In this document: piece by piece, positions 23,843 through 32,574 of the stretch
How positions within the stretch are numbered: the first letter of the stretch is position 1
Layout of the letters: every line of letters starts with the position of its first letter
Assembly (NCBI GenBank): GCA_027618565.1
Contig: JAQCEQ010000008.1
Location: 688-64,687, forward strand
Direction: 5' to 3'
Length of the DNA: 64,000 nt
From: Planctomycetota bacterium
GTDB taxonomy: Bacteria > Planctomycetota > Phycisphaerae > Phycisphaerales > SM1A02
Notes under the pieces: generated by a model
Told to the model about the DNA's origin: nothing
Database searches by the model: none
What the model saw: the letters and a program-made list of their open reading frames with translations, nothing else
Translations under genes and position numbers: made by a program

Positions 23843-24981
23843 GATGCCCCCAGTGCAGCTACAGCCTCTGGGCGCTCAAGCCAGGGCTGTGCCCCGAGTG
23901 CGGGCGCGTGTTCAAGCCATCCGAGTTCCATTTCCATCGCGGCGCCGTGCTCTTCTCGTGTCCTGAATGCGGACAGAAGTACCAGGGAAACGACAAGCGT
24001 GGCCTCCCGGCGCCCCGGCAGTTCACCTGCGCCACATGCGAGTGCCCTGTCGATGTCGACGCGATGCGCGCGGAGCCGGCTCCCGGTCGGGACCCAGAGT
24101 CGTGCGAGGCGCTTCAGCATCCGTGGCTGGATCGTGGTGACCGATCTCTCCCCATCGCCCTCGTCCGGACATGGTGGGCGATGACGACGGCGCCAAGTGT
24201 GACGACCCGCGCGCTCCGCGGGAGACGGGCCCTGCCGTCCTCCGCTGCCTATGCATCGATCCTTGGCACTGGAGTGGTCGTCGCCGGCCTGGCCGTCGTT
24301 GCCGCCTGGGGGCTGATGGCGACCGGCTCCGTGGACGCGATGCGCTCGTACGCCCACGAGATGCTTGCCGTGTGTGCAGCGGCACTCGTCATCGCCCTGG
24401 TCGTGGTGACAGTCTGGATCCTGTTCGCGCACCTCATGCTGCGGATGACCAGCAACGCAGGAGCGTCGCCCATTGGTCCGCTGCGGGTTACCGCCGAGTG
24501 CTTCCTCTGGAGCCTCGGCGGCTCGATCCTCGCATCGATCCCCATGCTGGCCTGCTGCTCGGTGTTTCTCGGCGCAGGCTGGGTGGCGTTCACGACTTCG
24601 AAGGCGCTGGAAACGGCGCATTCGGTCTCGTGGGGTCGGGCCTTGCGAGCGACGCTCATCCCGATGGTGCTGGTGACCATCCTCATTTGCGGGGGGTTCA
24701 TCGGACTCCCGGCGGTCTTGCTGCCTGCTCTCGCGAGAGGGAGCAATCCGCCTCTACCCGTGGTGATCACCACTGGGGAGGATGTGAACGAGGCACCCGC
24801 GGTCCCCGAATTGCCGGCCATCGAGAAGTCCGCGGAATCACACCTTGAGCAGGTCCCACCGGCCGAACCGAAAGCGCAGCCAGAAGGCGATTCCCCGGAC
24901 GACCAGTTCGGCGCAGAGCCCGATCCAGATGCCGGTGAGCCCCCAGCCCATGGCCAGCCCGAAAAGCCAGGCCAGCGGTAG
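23839..24981 (+). CDS. Zinc-ribbon membrane protein (hypothetical)
   Basis: MRCPQCSYSLWALKPGLCPECG plus CPECG...CATCEC, then several TM helices. GTGA overlap with rpoN. The 3' end overlaps the convergent MATE gene by 144 bp. Confidence 0.6.
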   Translation: MRCPQCSYSLWALKPGLCPECGRVFKPSEFHFHRGAVLFSCPECGQKYQGNDKRGLPAPRQFTCATCECPVDVDAMRAEPAPGRDPESCEALQHPWLDRGDRSLPIALVRTWWAMTTAPSVTTRALRGRRALPSSAAYASILGTGVVVAGLAVVAAWGLMATGSVDAMRSYAHEMLAVCAAALVIALVVVTVWILFAHLMLRMTSNAGASPIGPLRVTAECFLWSLGGSILASIPMLACCSVFLGAGWVAFTTSKALETAHSVSWGRALRATLIPMVLVTILICGGFIGLPAVLLPALARGSNPPLPVVITTGEDVNEAPAVPELPAIEKSAESHLEQVPPAEPKAQPEGDSPDDQFGAEPDPDAGEPPAHGQPEKPGQR

Positions 24982-26394
24982 CCGCACCAGGTAACTGCTG
25001 AGCGCGGTGATGCCCAGGATCCAGACGGTGTCGCCCACGCCGCGGAGTCCGTTGCGGCAGACCATCCCCATCGCGAAGAAAACCTGGATGAACCCGCAGG
25101 TGAGAAGCAGGGGAGGGACCGACTCCAGGTGCACCGGTGCATCGCTGATGAGCGAGGTGAGGAATCGACCGGCAAGGATAAAGACCAAGCCGAAGACGCC
25201 CATGAGCGCCATGCCGAGCACCAGGCAGTGATTGATGCTCTTGCGGGCCATCACGGCATTGCCCGCGCCCAGGTACTGGCCAGCCAGCGTGCCGGCGGCG
25301 GTGCCGATCGCAAAGCCTGGAAGGAACGAGAACGCCTCCCACTGCACCGCGATCATGTGTGCACCCACCAGCCCGTCCTTGGGAGCGTCCCCGATGCCGC
25401 GAGCGGCGACCTCACCGATGAACCGGAGCACGAAGAGGTTGACGGCCCACAGTGCGATGCCCTCGACGAAGTTGGGGAACCCCACGCGCACCACGCGCCA
25501 GGTCATGTCTCGCGTGGGGCGCAGGTGGGTGGCCTTCGGCTTCATGTCCTTGACACCCCGCCAGAGGACGGCGAGCGTCATCATGGCCCCGACGAAGTAC
25601 GAAATCGCCGTCCCGGCCGCGATTCCCGTGACGCCCCACTGGGTGGGGTCGATGCCCAGTGCGTTTCCAAGCGTGAGCGGGCCAAGCGAAAGGGTGATCC
25701 CGGAGAGGAGCCAGCTGGCGACGACATTCACGATGTTGACGACCACCGCCACGACGCTTGGAAGTGTGGTCTCGCCCGCGCCGTGGAGTGCCATCGAGCC
25801 CACGGTCATCAGGCCGGTGAAGGGCATCGAGAGGGCGACGATCTGCACATAGTCGCGGCAGTGGTGGCGCGCGGTCTCGCTGAGTTCGATGACTCCCATC
25901 AGTGGATCGATGGCTAACCACACTCCAGCTCCGACCAGCGTCCCCCACAGGAGCGAGAGCACGATGCTCTGGCCGCTGGCCAGGTTGGCCTCGCGTGTAT
26001 CGCCACTCCCCATCGAGCGCGCGATAATCGCCTGGGTTCCCACTCCCAAGCCAGTCATCGCGATGCCGATGAACCAGCCGATGTAGGAGCCGATGCCGAT
26101 CGCATCCAGCGCCGGTACACCGACGGGATCGGGGATCGCCCCGGCGAGCATCTTGTCCACCAACCCCACAGCCGCGGCCAGGAGCTGCTGCAAGAGGACC
26201 GGCAGCGCCAGGATCCAGATGGCGGACTCCAGCGACTTTCCAGCCAGCTTGCCGCTGCGGATCTTGCCCCTGGCATCGGCGCTGGCCTCCACCTTTTCAG
26301 CTGGAGTCTCCAGTTGCGGAAAGTCATCCGGGTCGACCGTCGTCCCGCGCATCCATCCCGGATCGTCGTCCGAATCAATCGGTTCGCAGGTCAT
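24838..26394 (-). CDS. MATE family efflux transporter
   Basis: 518 aa, 12-TM-like, with the N-terminal family motif ILALPVLLQQLLAAAVGLVDKMLAG. Confidence 0.88.
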   Translation of the reverse strand: MTCEPIDSDDDPGWMRGTTVDPDDFPQLETPAEKVEASADARGKIRSGKLAGKSLESAIWILALPVLLQQLLAAAVGLVDKMLAGAIPDPVGVPALDAIGIGSYIGWFIGIAMTGLGVGTQAIIARSMGSGDTREANLASGQSIVLSLLWGTLVGAGVWLAIDPLMGVIELSETARHHCRDYVQIVALSMPFTGLMTVGSMALHGAGETTLPSVVAVVVNIVNVVASWLLSGITLSLGPLTLGNALGIDPTQWGVTGIAAGTAISYFVGAMMTLAVLWRGVKDMKPKATHLRPTRDMTWRVVRVGFPNFVEGIALWAVNLFVLRFIGEVAARGIGDAPKDGLVGAHMIAVQWEAFSFLPGFAIGTAAGTLAGQYLGAGNAVMARKSINHCLVLGMALMGVFGLVFILAGRFLTSLISDAPVHLESVPPLLLTCGFIQVFFAMGMVCRNGLRGVGDTVWILGITALSSYLVRLPLAWLFGLAMGWGLTGIWIGLCAELVVRGIAFWLRFRFGRWDLLKV

Positions 26395-27293
26395 CGGACC
26401 GTCGGCGCACTGCTTGCCGGAGGAGATGGTGACGATGGCTCTGGCGACGATGCGCCTCGGAGATCGTCCGTCGACCGCTGGCCTGGATCACTCAGGCCCG
26501 TCGGGAGACCGGGTCGCTCCCACACGCGTCGACCGAACGGATTGATCGACGCCAGCCAGCCAAACGGACGCTGGTAGGTGAGGAAGAGGTAGTCCGTGGG
26601 CGGCGTGAATCGGCTGGCGACCGGCGTTGCCTCATACCACCGCAACCACTCCGGACGGTTGAGCCCGTGGCTCTGCGCCGTCATCACCCAGAGGCTCCAC
26701 TCCGCGGCTCGATTGACCGACAGTTCTGGCTGGTCCAGGGCAGCGACCAGAGCCTGGAACGCCGCATCGGAGCGGTACTGGCCCAAGGCCAGCGCCAACT
26801 CCACGCGGATGTTGGAGTCCTCTTCCTCCGCCAAGAGGAGCGACCTCCAGAGATCGGCCTCCACCTTGGGTTGGTAGATCCGTTGCAGACCCTTGGCTGC
26901 GGCGAGCCGGACCTGTGCATTCGGCGACCGCAGTTGCTTGGCGATCATGAACGCATCGTCGGTCGTTCCGTAGCGCGCCAAGGCCAAGATTGCCGCACTC
27001 TTGACCAGCGGGTCGATCGACTCCTCGACATACACCCGGTAGAGCTTGAGGTACTGCTCCTCGCCACCAAAGGAAGCATCCCCGATGAGCGCCAGCCCTT
27101 CGCGCTGCAGGGTCGGGTTCGTTGGGTCCACGGCCCATGTCGCGGCTTCTCCCGGAGATGGCGGCGAGATCTGCTGGCCCAGCCACTGGAAGTCGCTCGT
27201 GATCGTGTCGCACCCTGCAAGGACACCAAACGCCAAGACTCCGCGCACGCATCGTGCCCATCGCGTTCGTGTCGCTGGTCCCATCGATCGCAT
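26391..27293 (-). CDS. HEAT-repeat lipoprotein
   Basis: Lipobox VLAGC. Repeated ...AAILALARYG.../...VRLAAAKGLQRI.../...VELALALGQY.../...ALVAAL... HEAT/PBS-lyase-like units. ATGA overlap with the MATE gene. Confidence 0.65.
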   Translation of the reverse strand: MRSMGPATRTRWARCVRGVLAFGVLAGCDTITSDFQWLGQQISPPSPGEAATWAVDPTNPTLQREGLALIGDASFGGEEQYLKLYRVYVEESIDPLVKSAAILALARYGTTDDAFMIAKQLRSPNAQVRLAAAKGLQRIYQPKVEADLWRSLLLAEEEDSNIRVELALALGQYRSDAAFQALVAALDQPELSVNRAAEWSLWVMTAQSHGLNRPEWLRWYEATPVASRFTPPTDYLFLTYQRPFGWLASINPFGRRVWERPGLPTGLSDPGQRSTDDLRGASSPEPSSPSPPASSAPTVR

Positions 27294-27347
27294 GCGCCGA
27301 GCATCCTACGGAGCCGCGTGTACTCCTGCCGCTGTACCCTTGCCCAG

Positions 27348-28031
27348 ATGCCGCGAGCACAGGTGAACGCTGTCCCGCTTGGGGTGTACGAAACCAACGG
27401 GCATGTCGTGTGGGATCCTGACGACGAGACCCACGCTTGCTGGCTGGTGGACACTGGGGAACACCCGGAGCCCCTCTTTGCGCTGGCTCGTCAGCAAGGG
27501 CTCGTCCCGGTTGCGATCCTCTTCACGCACGCGCATGTCGACCACATCGCGGGCACCGGCCAGGCCGTGGCGAAGTATCCGTCCATCCCGAGGTTGGCTC
27601 ACCCCCTCGAGCACGGTTGGTTCGGTGACCCCGATCGAAACCTGAGTGCCTTCAGCGGCATGCCAATGACGGTTCCGGGGCCGACTGGCAGCCTGGTTGA
27701 GGGGCAGGAGTTGGAACTTGGCTCGACGCGATGGAAGGTGATCGAAACGCCAGGGCACAGCCCCGGATCCGTGTCCCTTGTGTCCACCAATCTTGAGCAG
27801 CCGGTCGCACTCGTCGGCGACACGATCTTCGCTGGTTCGGTGGGGAGGGTCGACCTCCCCGGCTCCAGCCCCCGTGACTTTGAGGTCACGCTCTTCGAGA
27901 AACTCCTCGCGCTCCCCGACACCACCGTCATCTATCCCGGCCACGGCCCGGCGAGCTCCATTGGCAAGGAGCGGGCTTCCAATCCGTTCCTTCGATCAGG
28001 GCGCGCCGCGTTCAGCCGGTCGGTCTCTTGA
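27348..28031 (+). CDS. MBL-fold metallo-hydrolase (glyoxalase II-like)
   Basis: FTHAHVDHIAG (HxHxDH), ETPGHSPG, GDTIFAGSVGR. ATG at 27348 was chosen within the long track ORF. Confidence 0.88.
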   Translation: MPRAQVNAVPLGVYETNGHVVWDPDDETHACWLVDTGEHPEPLFALARQQGLVPVAILFTHAHVDHIAGTGQAVAKYPSIPRLAHPLEHGWFGDPDRNLSAFSGMPMTVPGPTGSLVEGQELELGSTRWKVIETPGHSPGSVSLVSTNLEQPVALVGDTIFAGSVGRVDLPGSSPRDFEVTLFEKLLALPDTTVIYPGHGPASSIGKERASNPFLRSGRAAFSRSVS

Positions 28032-29883
28032 GGCGCTGCGCCGCGGTCCAGGCCGCCATGCGCTCTTCAAGCACATCCAAGGGGAGCGCTCCGGCTCCCA
28101 GCAGGTGGTCGTGAAACGCGCGCAGGTCAAAGTCCGCGCCGAGGGCTGCTTGGGCGTCCGTGCGCATGCGGCGAATCGCGATCTCCCCGATCTTGTATCC
28201 CGTCGCCTGCCCGGGCCAGGCAATGTATCGATCGACCTCGCGCTCGATGTTGAGGTCTGAAAGGCCCGTGTTGTCGCGCATGAACGCGATCGCCCGCTCG
28301 CGGCTCCACCCGAACGTGTGGATGCCGGTGTCCACCACCAGGCGGCACGCGCGCCACTGCTCAAAGCCCAATCGGCCGAAGTCCGCGTACGGATCGCGCT
28401 CGTAGAAACCCATCTCGATTCCAAGCCGCTCGGCATACAGCGCCCAGCCCTCCACGAAGACGGTGTAGTGCAGGTCGCGGCGAAAGCGGTGGTGGCCAGT
28501 GAGTTCCTGCGAGATGGCAATCTGCAAGTGGTGTCCTGGCACCGCCTCGTGCAGCGAGAGCGGAATCATGTCGTAGGTCGGGCGCTCGCTGAGGGCGTAG
28601 GTGTTGGCGCAGAACCATCCAGGCAACCCGGTCTCCAGGCTTCCAGGCTGGTAGTAGGCGGTCGTCTGCGATGGCGCCATGAAGGCGGGGATCTCGCGAA
28701 CGCCGTAGGGGAGTTGGGGGAGCCGACCAAAGAAGCGGGGCAATTCCGCGTCGATGCGCTTGCAGATGTCGCGGTAGCCAGCGAGGAGCGACTCCGCCGA
28801 GGCCGGCACAAACTGCGGATCAGATCGCAGGAAGGAGACAAAGGAATCGAATCGATCCTGCTCAGACTGGCCCGACCCTGCCGGATGCTCCGCCGCCCAT
28901 GGGGTCTTCTCGATGACCGCCATCATCTCGGTCCGGATCCGAGCCACCTCCTCCACGCCCAGGTCATGGATCTGCTGGGCGGTGAGACGGGTGGTGGTGA
29001 ATGACCACAACTGGTGGTGGTAGTACTCGCGACCCATCGGCTGGTCAACTGCGGCTGTCGACGGATGGCACGCCGGGATGTACTGGCTGCGCAGAAACTC
29101 GGCCGTCGCCCGGAGCGCCGAAAGGGACCCAGTGCGAGCAGCATCGACCCGTGCGAGGAGAACCCCACGCTCGGCGTCGTCCATCCCAGCCCACTCACGC
29201 AGGACCGGCGCCCGCCACCCGCGCAGACCACCTCGCTCCACGGCGGCGAATTGGTCCAGCACGCCCCCCATCGCGACCGTCGAGGGCACCATGCCCTCGC
29301 GCAGGCCCTGCTCCAGGGTGGCGTGGGTCTGCGCCACGATCGTGGGCTGCTGCTCCATTCGGGTCACGAACCACCGGACATCATCCGCGTGACGAAAGGG
29401 AGTGTCGTCCGGGATCGTCGGGAGTGACTGTTGCGGGCCTCCCCGGTGGTGGACCGGCATCAGCCACCGGCGGAATCGGTGCCCTTGGGTGGACCGTTCC
29501 AGCTCGCCCAGCAGGAGAGACAGGTCCAGTCGGTCAGCCGCCTCCGCCTGGGGCAGCGCCGCGCTTGCCTGTGCCAGAAATTTTATCTCCTCACGGTGGC
29601 GTCGTTCGATGGCCCCGACCGAGTGGTCCGTGACACGAGTTGGGTCGACATTCCTTCCGCGTGCGAAGGCGCGTTCCGGGAATTCACGGTCGACCCACTG
29701 CACATACTCGTCAAGGAGGGACCGGGGAGCGGCCGCCGGAGGGGGGGGCGTGGCCTGCGCTCCCGCCGAGGCTGTCGTCAGGAGGGCCAGCGCCGCCCCG
29801 CGAAGCCACCCTGCGAGCCGGCGAGGGCGTTGTGCCGCATGGGAGTGGCTGAATTGCGTCGATTCCGCTTGGAAGAACCTCAT
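28012..29883 (-). CDS. DUF885 family protein (secreted, metallopeptidase-like)
   Basis: 623 aa with a signal peptide. HEAVPGHHLQ and the flanking sequence are typical of DUF885. Confidence 0.85.
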   Translation of the reverse strand: MRFFQAESTQFSHSHAAQRPRRLAGWLRGAALALLTTASAGAQATPPPPAAAPRSLLDEYVQWVDREFPERAFARGRNVDPTRVTDHSVGAIERRHREEIKFLAQASAALPQAEAADRLDLSLLLGELERSTQGHRFRRWLMPVHHRGGPQQSLPTIPDDTPFRHADDVRWFVTRMEQQPTIVAQTHATLEQGLREGMVPSTVAMGGVLDQFAAVERGGLRGWRAPVLREWAGMDDAERGVLLARVDAARTGSLSALRATAEFLRSQYIPACHPSTAAVDQPMGREYYHHQLWSFTTTRLTAQQIHDLGVEEVARIRTEMMAVIEKTPWAAEHPAGSGQSEQDRFDSFVSFLRSDPQFVPASAESLLAGYRDICKRIDAELPRFFGRLPQLPYGVREIPAFMAPSQTTAYYQPGSLETGLPGWFCANTYALSERPTYDMIPLSLHEAVPGHHLQIAISQELTGHHRFRRDLHYTVFVEGWALYAERLGIEMGFYERDPYADFGRLGFEQWRACRLVVDTGIHTFGWSRERAIAFMRDNTGLSDLNIEREVDRYIAWPGQATGYKIGEIAIRRMRTDAQAALGADFDLRAFHDHLLGAGALPLDVLEERMAAWTAAQRLKRPTG

Positions 29884-29933
29884 CTGGTGTTAGCCTTTAG
29901 CGAGGTTTGTACCTCAATCCAGGAGACACTCGC

Positions 29934-30773
29934 ATGGCACAGTTCGACGCCCGTTCGTGTTCGTTGGTGGTCGCCCCACTCGCTGTCCTGGCAATCGCCG
30001 GCAACGCCCTCGCCCAATCGTCCGCTGATTTGTCGATCCCCTTGGGGCAGACCTGCTCGGTGACGACGGTGATTACGATCGTCCATGGAACCTTCGGGTC
30101 GGGCTCGGACTCCAAGACCGGCACGCACTCACTCTCGGGAGGGGCGTTGCTTTCGATGCCCAACTCCGCACCGCCGTTCACTTCGGTGACCGCCGCGCCG
30201 ATGGCGTACTACATTGGTGCGAACACCTACACCTTTGAGTTCTTCTGCTTCCCGTTCATCGGTTGCCAGAACCTTGGGGTGAACCTGTCGTCCATCACGC
30301 TCACGCTTCCCAGCGGGAGCTCTGCGGTGTCGGGTTCGGGGGCGTTCAATTTCGCCGGTGCCACTTGGGACATTGTTGCCAACTACACCACGAGTGGCCT
30401 CGACAACGGCACCTACGAGCTGATCGACACCACGAACGCCGTGTATGCCGGTCGCCTGACCGCCACGACGTCCACCGCGAAGATCGACCAGATGTCCATT
30501 GGCGTAGTCCACTTCGATGTGCCCCCGGAGAGCCTCCCATCGGGAGTCAATGCCATCAGCATCGACATCACTGCGAACATCTCCAGCAACTTCATGACTG
30601 GCAACTGGGGCCCCGCCTGTGCGTCCGCCGATCTCAACTGCGACGGCAGCATCGATGGCATCGACCTTGGGCAGCTCCTGGCTGGCTGGGGCGGCCCGAC
30701 GGGTGACACGAACGGCGACGGCGTGACCGATGGCATTGACCTTGGGGCCATGCTGGCCGCCTGGGGCACCTGA
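29934..30773 (+). CDS. Secreted hypothetical protein with C-terminal twin dockerin-like module
   Basis: AGGAGA lies 8 nt upstream of ATG 29934. Signal peptide (LAIAGNALAQS). Tail ADLNCDGSIDGIDLGQLLAGWGGPTGDTNGDGVTDGIDLGAMLAAWGT. Confidence 0.7.
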   Translation: MAQFDARSCSLVVAPLAVLAIAGNALAQSSADLSIPLGQTCSVTTVITIVHGTFGSGSDSKTGTHSLSGGALLSMPNSAPPFTSVTAAPMAYYIGANTYTFEFFCFPFIGCQNLGVNLSSITLTLPSGSSAVSGSGAFNFAGATWDIVANYTTSGLDNGTYELIDTTNAVYAGRLTATTSTAKIDQMSIGVVHFDVPPESLPSGVNAISIDITANISSNFMTGNWGPACASADLNCDGSIDGIDLGQLLAGWGGPTGDTNGDGVTDGIDLGAMLAAWGT

Positions 30774-30848
30774 GTCGCGCCCGCGGAATCCCGTTGTTCG
30801 ATTGCAGCCATCGCACAGGTGCGGCTGCGCCGTATCCTTGGCAGGCTC

Positions 30849-31310
30849 ATGACCCAGATGCCTGATGTCGAGCAGGGCTACGCGCCACCGGCGGTCAGGC
30901 AATTCTCAGTCTTCCTGGACAATCGCGTGGGGAAGTTGCTGGAACTGCTCCAGGCCGTCGAGGAGCGTCCAGACCTTCACCTCGCCGCGATCAGCGTGGT
31001 GGATTCCAGCGACTACGCGGTCGTGCGCATGATCTTTTCCAACGCCGACGCGGCGCGGCACCTGCTCTCGCGCGGGAAGTTCACCTTCTCCGAGACCAGC
31101 GTGGTGGTGGTGACCCTGGAGGAACACCAGAGTGTCTCCTCGATCTGCCTCGCGCTGCTCGCCGCGGAAGTCAACATCCGGTTCGTGTACCCCGTCTTCA
31201 TGACCCATGGCGACTCCACGGTCGCCCTCTCAGCGGACGACACGCAGTTCGCGGGTCAGGTCCTCCTCCGCAAGCGATTCAGGCTCCTGGGCGAAGAAGA
31301 CTTCTGCTGA
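30849..31310 (+). CDS. ACT-domain (amino-acid-binding) protein
   Basis: RQFSVFLDNRVGKLLELLQAV... and a second half ...VVVVTLEEHQSVSSICLALLAAEVNIRFVYP resemble tandem ACT domains. The start is uncertain (30819, 30849 or 30858). Confidence 0.6.
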   Translation: MTQMPDVEQGYAPPAVRQFSVFLDNRVGKLLELLQAVEERPDLHLAAISVVDSSDYAVVRMIFSNADAARHLLSRGKFTFSETSVVVVTLEEHQSVSSICLALLAAEVNIRFVYPVFMTHGDSTVALSADDTQFAGQVLLRKRFRLLGEEDFC

Positions 31311-31372
31311 GGCGGGCGGATTGGCAGCGCCGGTTCGGCCCGCGTCGCGCACGACACGACCATCTTGCCCCC

Positions 31373-31579
31373 TCAACCTTGCTTCGGCGGCTCTACTTCG
31401 CGACGGTCTTGACCTGAATACTCAAAGGTCTTCCCTTCGGGCTCGTCGCGACAGGCCTTGTGGCTCCCGTCGCAATGGGGGAAGTTCTTGGTGAGTCCGC
31501 AGGAGCAGATGAAGTAGGGCTTTGGGGAGGGTTCCAACTTGACGGGACCTGTCCCTTCACACTTGATGATGCGAGCCAT
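31373..31579 (-). CDS. CDGSH iron-sulfur domain protein
   Basis: 68 aa with CSCGLTKNFPHCDGSH, the CDGSH 2Fe-2S signature. Confidence 0.88.
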   Translation of the reverse strand: MARIIKCEGTGPVKLEPSPKPYFICSCGLTKNFPHCDGSHKACRDEPEGKTFEYSGQDRREVEPPKQG

Positions 31580-31593
31580 ATGTCGATCTTAGG

Positions 31594-31613
31594 GCGGAAC
31601 CTCGTGGTTCCGC
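31594..31613 (-). other. Intercistronic hairpin between the queD-like and CDGSH genes
   Basis: GCGGAACC-TCGT-GGTTCCGC, a perfect 8-bp stem with no U-tract. Confidence 0.3.
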
Positions 31614-31615
31614 GG

Positions 31616-32434
31616 CTAGACCCGTTCACTGGTGGAGGCGCTCGTCCGATCGGTCTCCCACACGCGGACCCCCACGAACTTGAGCGGCGACCCCGACATC
31701 GCCTCCGCCAGGAGTGCATGGATCGTGAGTGCGATGTTTTCCACGGAGGGAAGCCGGTCCATAAAGAACGGTGTGTCCAGGTTGAGGTGCTTGTGATCGA
31801 AGTGTTTGAGCACATGCGTCTCCACGATGCGGTCCAGGTCAACAGAGCGGGCGGCGGGGTCGTCCCCCAGTTCAACCGCCACGCGCAGCCGATAGTTGTG
31901 GCCGTGGCCATTGGGACTGGAGCACTTCCCGAAGATGGCGAGGTTCTCGTCGTCGGTTCGATCCAGCAGCGCCAGGCGGTGAGAGGCCGCAAAGTCGTAA
32001 TCCCGGAGGAGGGTGACGCAGGATGGATGGTCTGGACAAGCTGTCATGGCAAGTTGGGGGGAACAGCGAACTTCAACGGAAGTGAAGCGGAGGGGGGCAC
32101 CTTGGGCCGAACAGGGCCATCCCTGACTCGCAAGCGACTGGCAGACCTGAATCTGCGTCGGGACGCCGTCGATCGACCGCGAAAGGTCGGCAATGCGGCC
32201 CCGAACCAGCCTGTCCAAGTCCGAAACGGAAACGAGATATCCCGTCGCGGGATCGAGTGATCCTTCAACCGTGACTGCACAGTCGACTGGAGCAGCTCCA
32301 AGTCCGAGACCTGAAGTCCCTGCAAACGGGTTGCTTGGCTTTCCCGATCCCTGATGCGCAGAATCCCGAGCCAGGTCGATCCGAACGACGCGGGACAGGC
32401 GGATGCGCCCAAAATCCTGACTGGATTTCCACAT
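31616..32434 (-). CDS. 6-pyruvoyl-tetrahydropterin/6-carboxytetrahydropterin synthase family protein, tandem T-fold (QueD-like)
   Basis: The C-terminal half has CSSPNGHGHNYRLRV (Cys...HGH) and ...HKHLNLD.... The N-terminal half keeps only the ATGYLVSVSDLDRLV element. ATG at 32434 is preferred over the track's TTG at 32455. Confidence 0.8.
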   Translation of the reverse strand: MWKSSQDFGRIRLSRVVRIDLARDSAHQGSGKPSNPFAGTSGLGLGAAPVDCAVTVEGSLDPATGYLVSVSDLDRLVRGRIADLSRSIDGVPTQIQVCQSLASQGWPCSAQGAPLRFTSVEVRCSPQLAMTACPDHPSCVTLLRDYDFAASHRLALLDRTDDENLAIFGKCSSPNGHGHNYRLRVAVELGDDPAARSVDLDRIVETHVLKHFDHKHLNLDTPFFMDRLPSVENIALTIHALLAEAMSGSPLKFVGVRVWETDRTSASTSERV

Positions 32435-32448
32435 TTCTTCTTGTTGGC

Positions 32449-32477
32449 TTGACAATATCGGTCAGTGAGTCTACTCT
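32449..32477 (+). promoter_or_regulatory. Putative promoter TTGACA-N17-TACTCT
   Basis: Consensus -35 hexamer at 32449-32454, and TACTCT at 32472-32477, in an AT-richer stretch. Confidence 0.35.
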
Positions 32478-32502
32478 TTCTGCATCAGTGAGCCCCCGGA
32501 AG

Positions 32503-32538
32503 GGCTCGGCGTGAGCTTTGCTCCGCCGGGCCTTTTTT
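32503..32538 (+). terminator. Intrinsic terminator (13-bp GC-rich stem + T6) in a leader or sRNA
   Basis: GGCTCGGCGTGAGC (32503-32516) pairs with GCTCCGCCGGGCC (32520-32532) with one G-U pair and one bulge, followed by TTTTTT (32533-32538). The T-tract is present only on the plus strand. Confidence 0.7.
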
Positions 32539-32574
32539 AATGCCCCCGTATCGTTGACGGCGACCCGCTACGAC

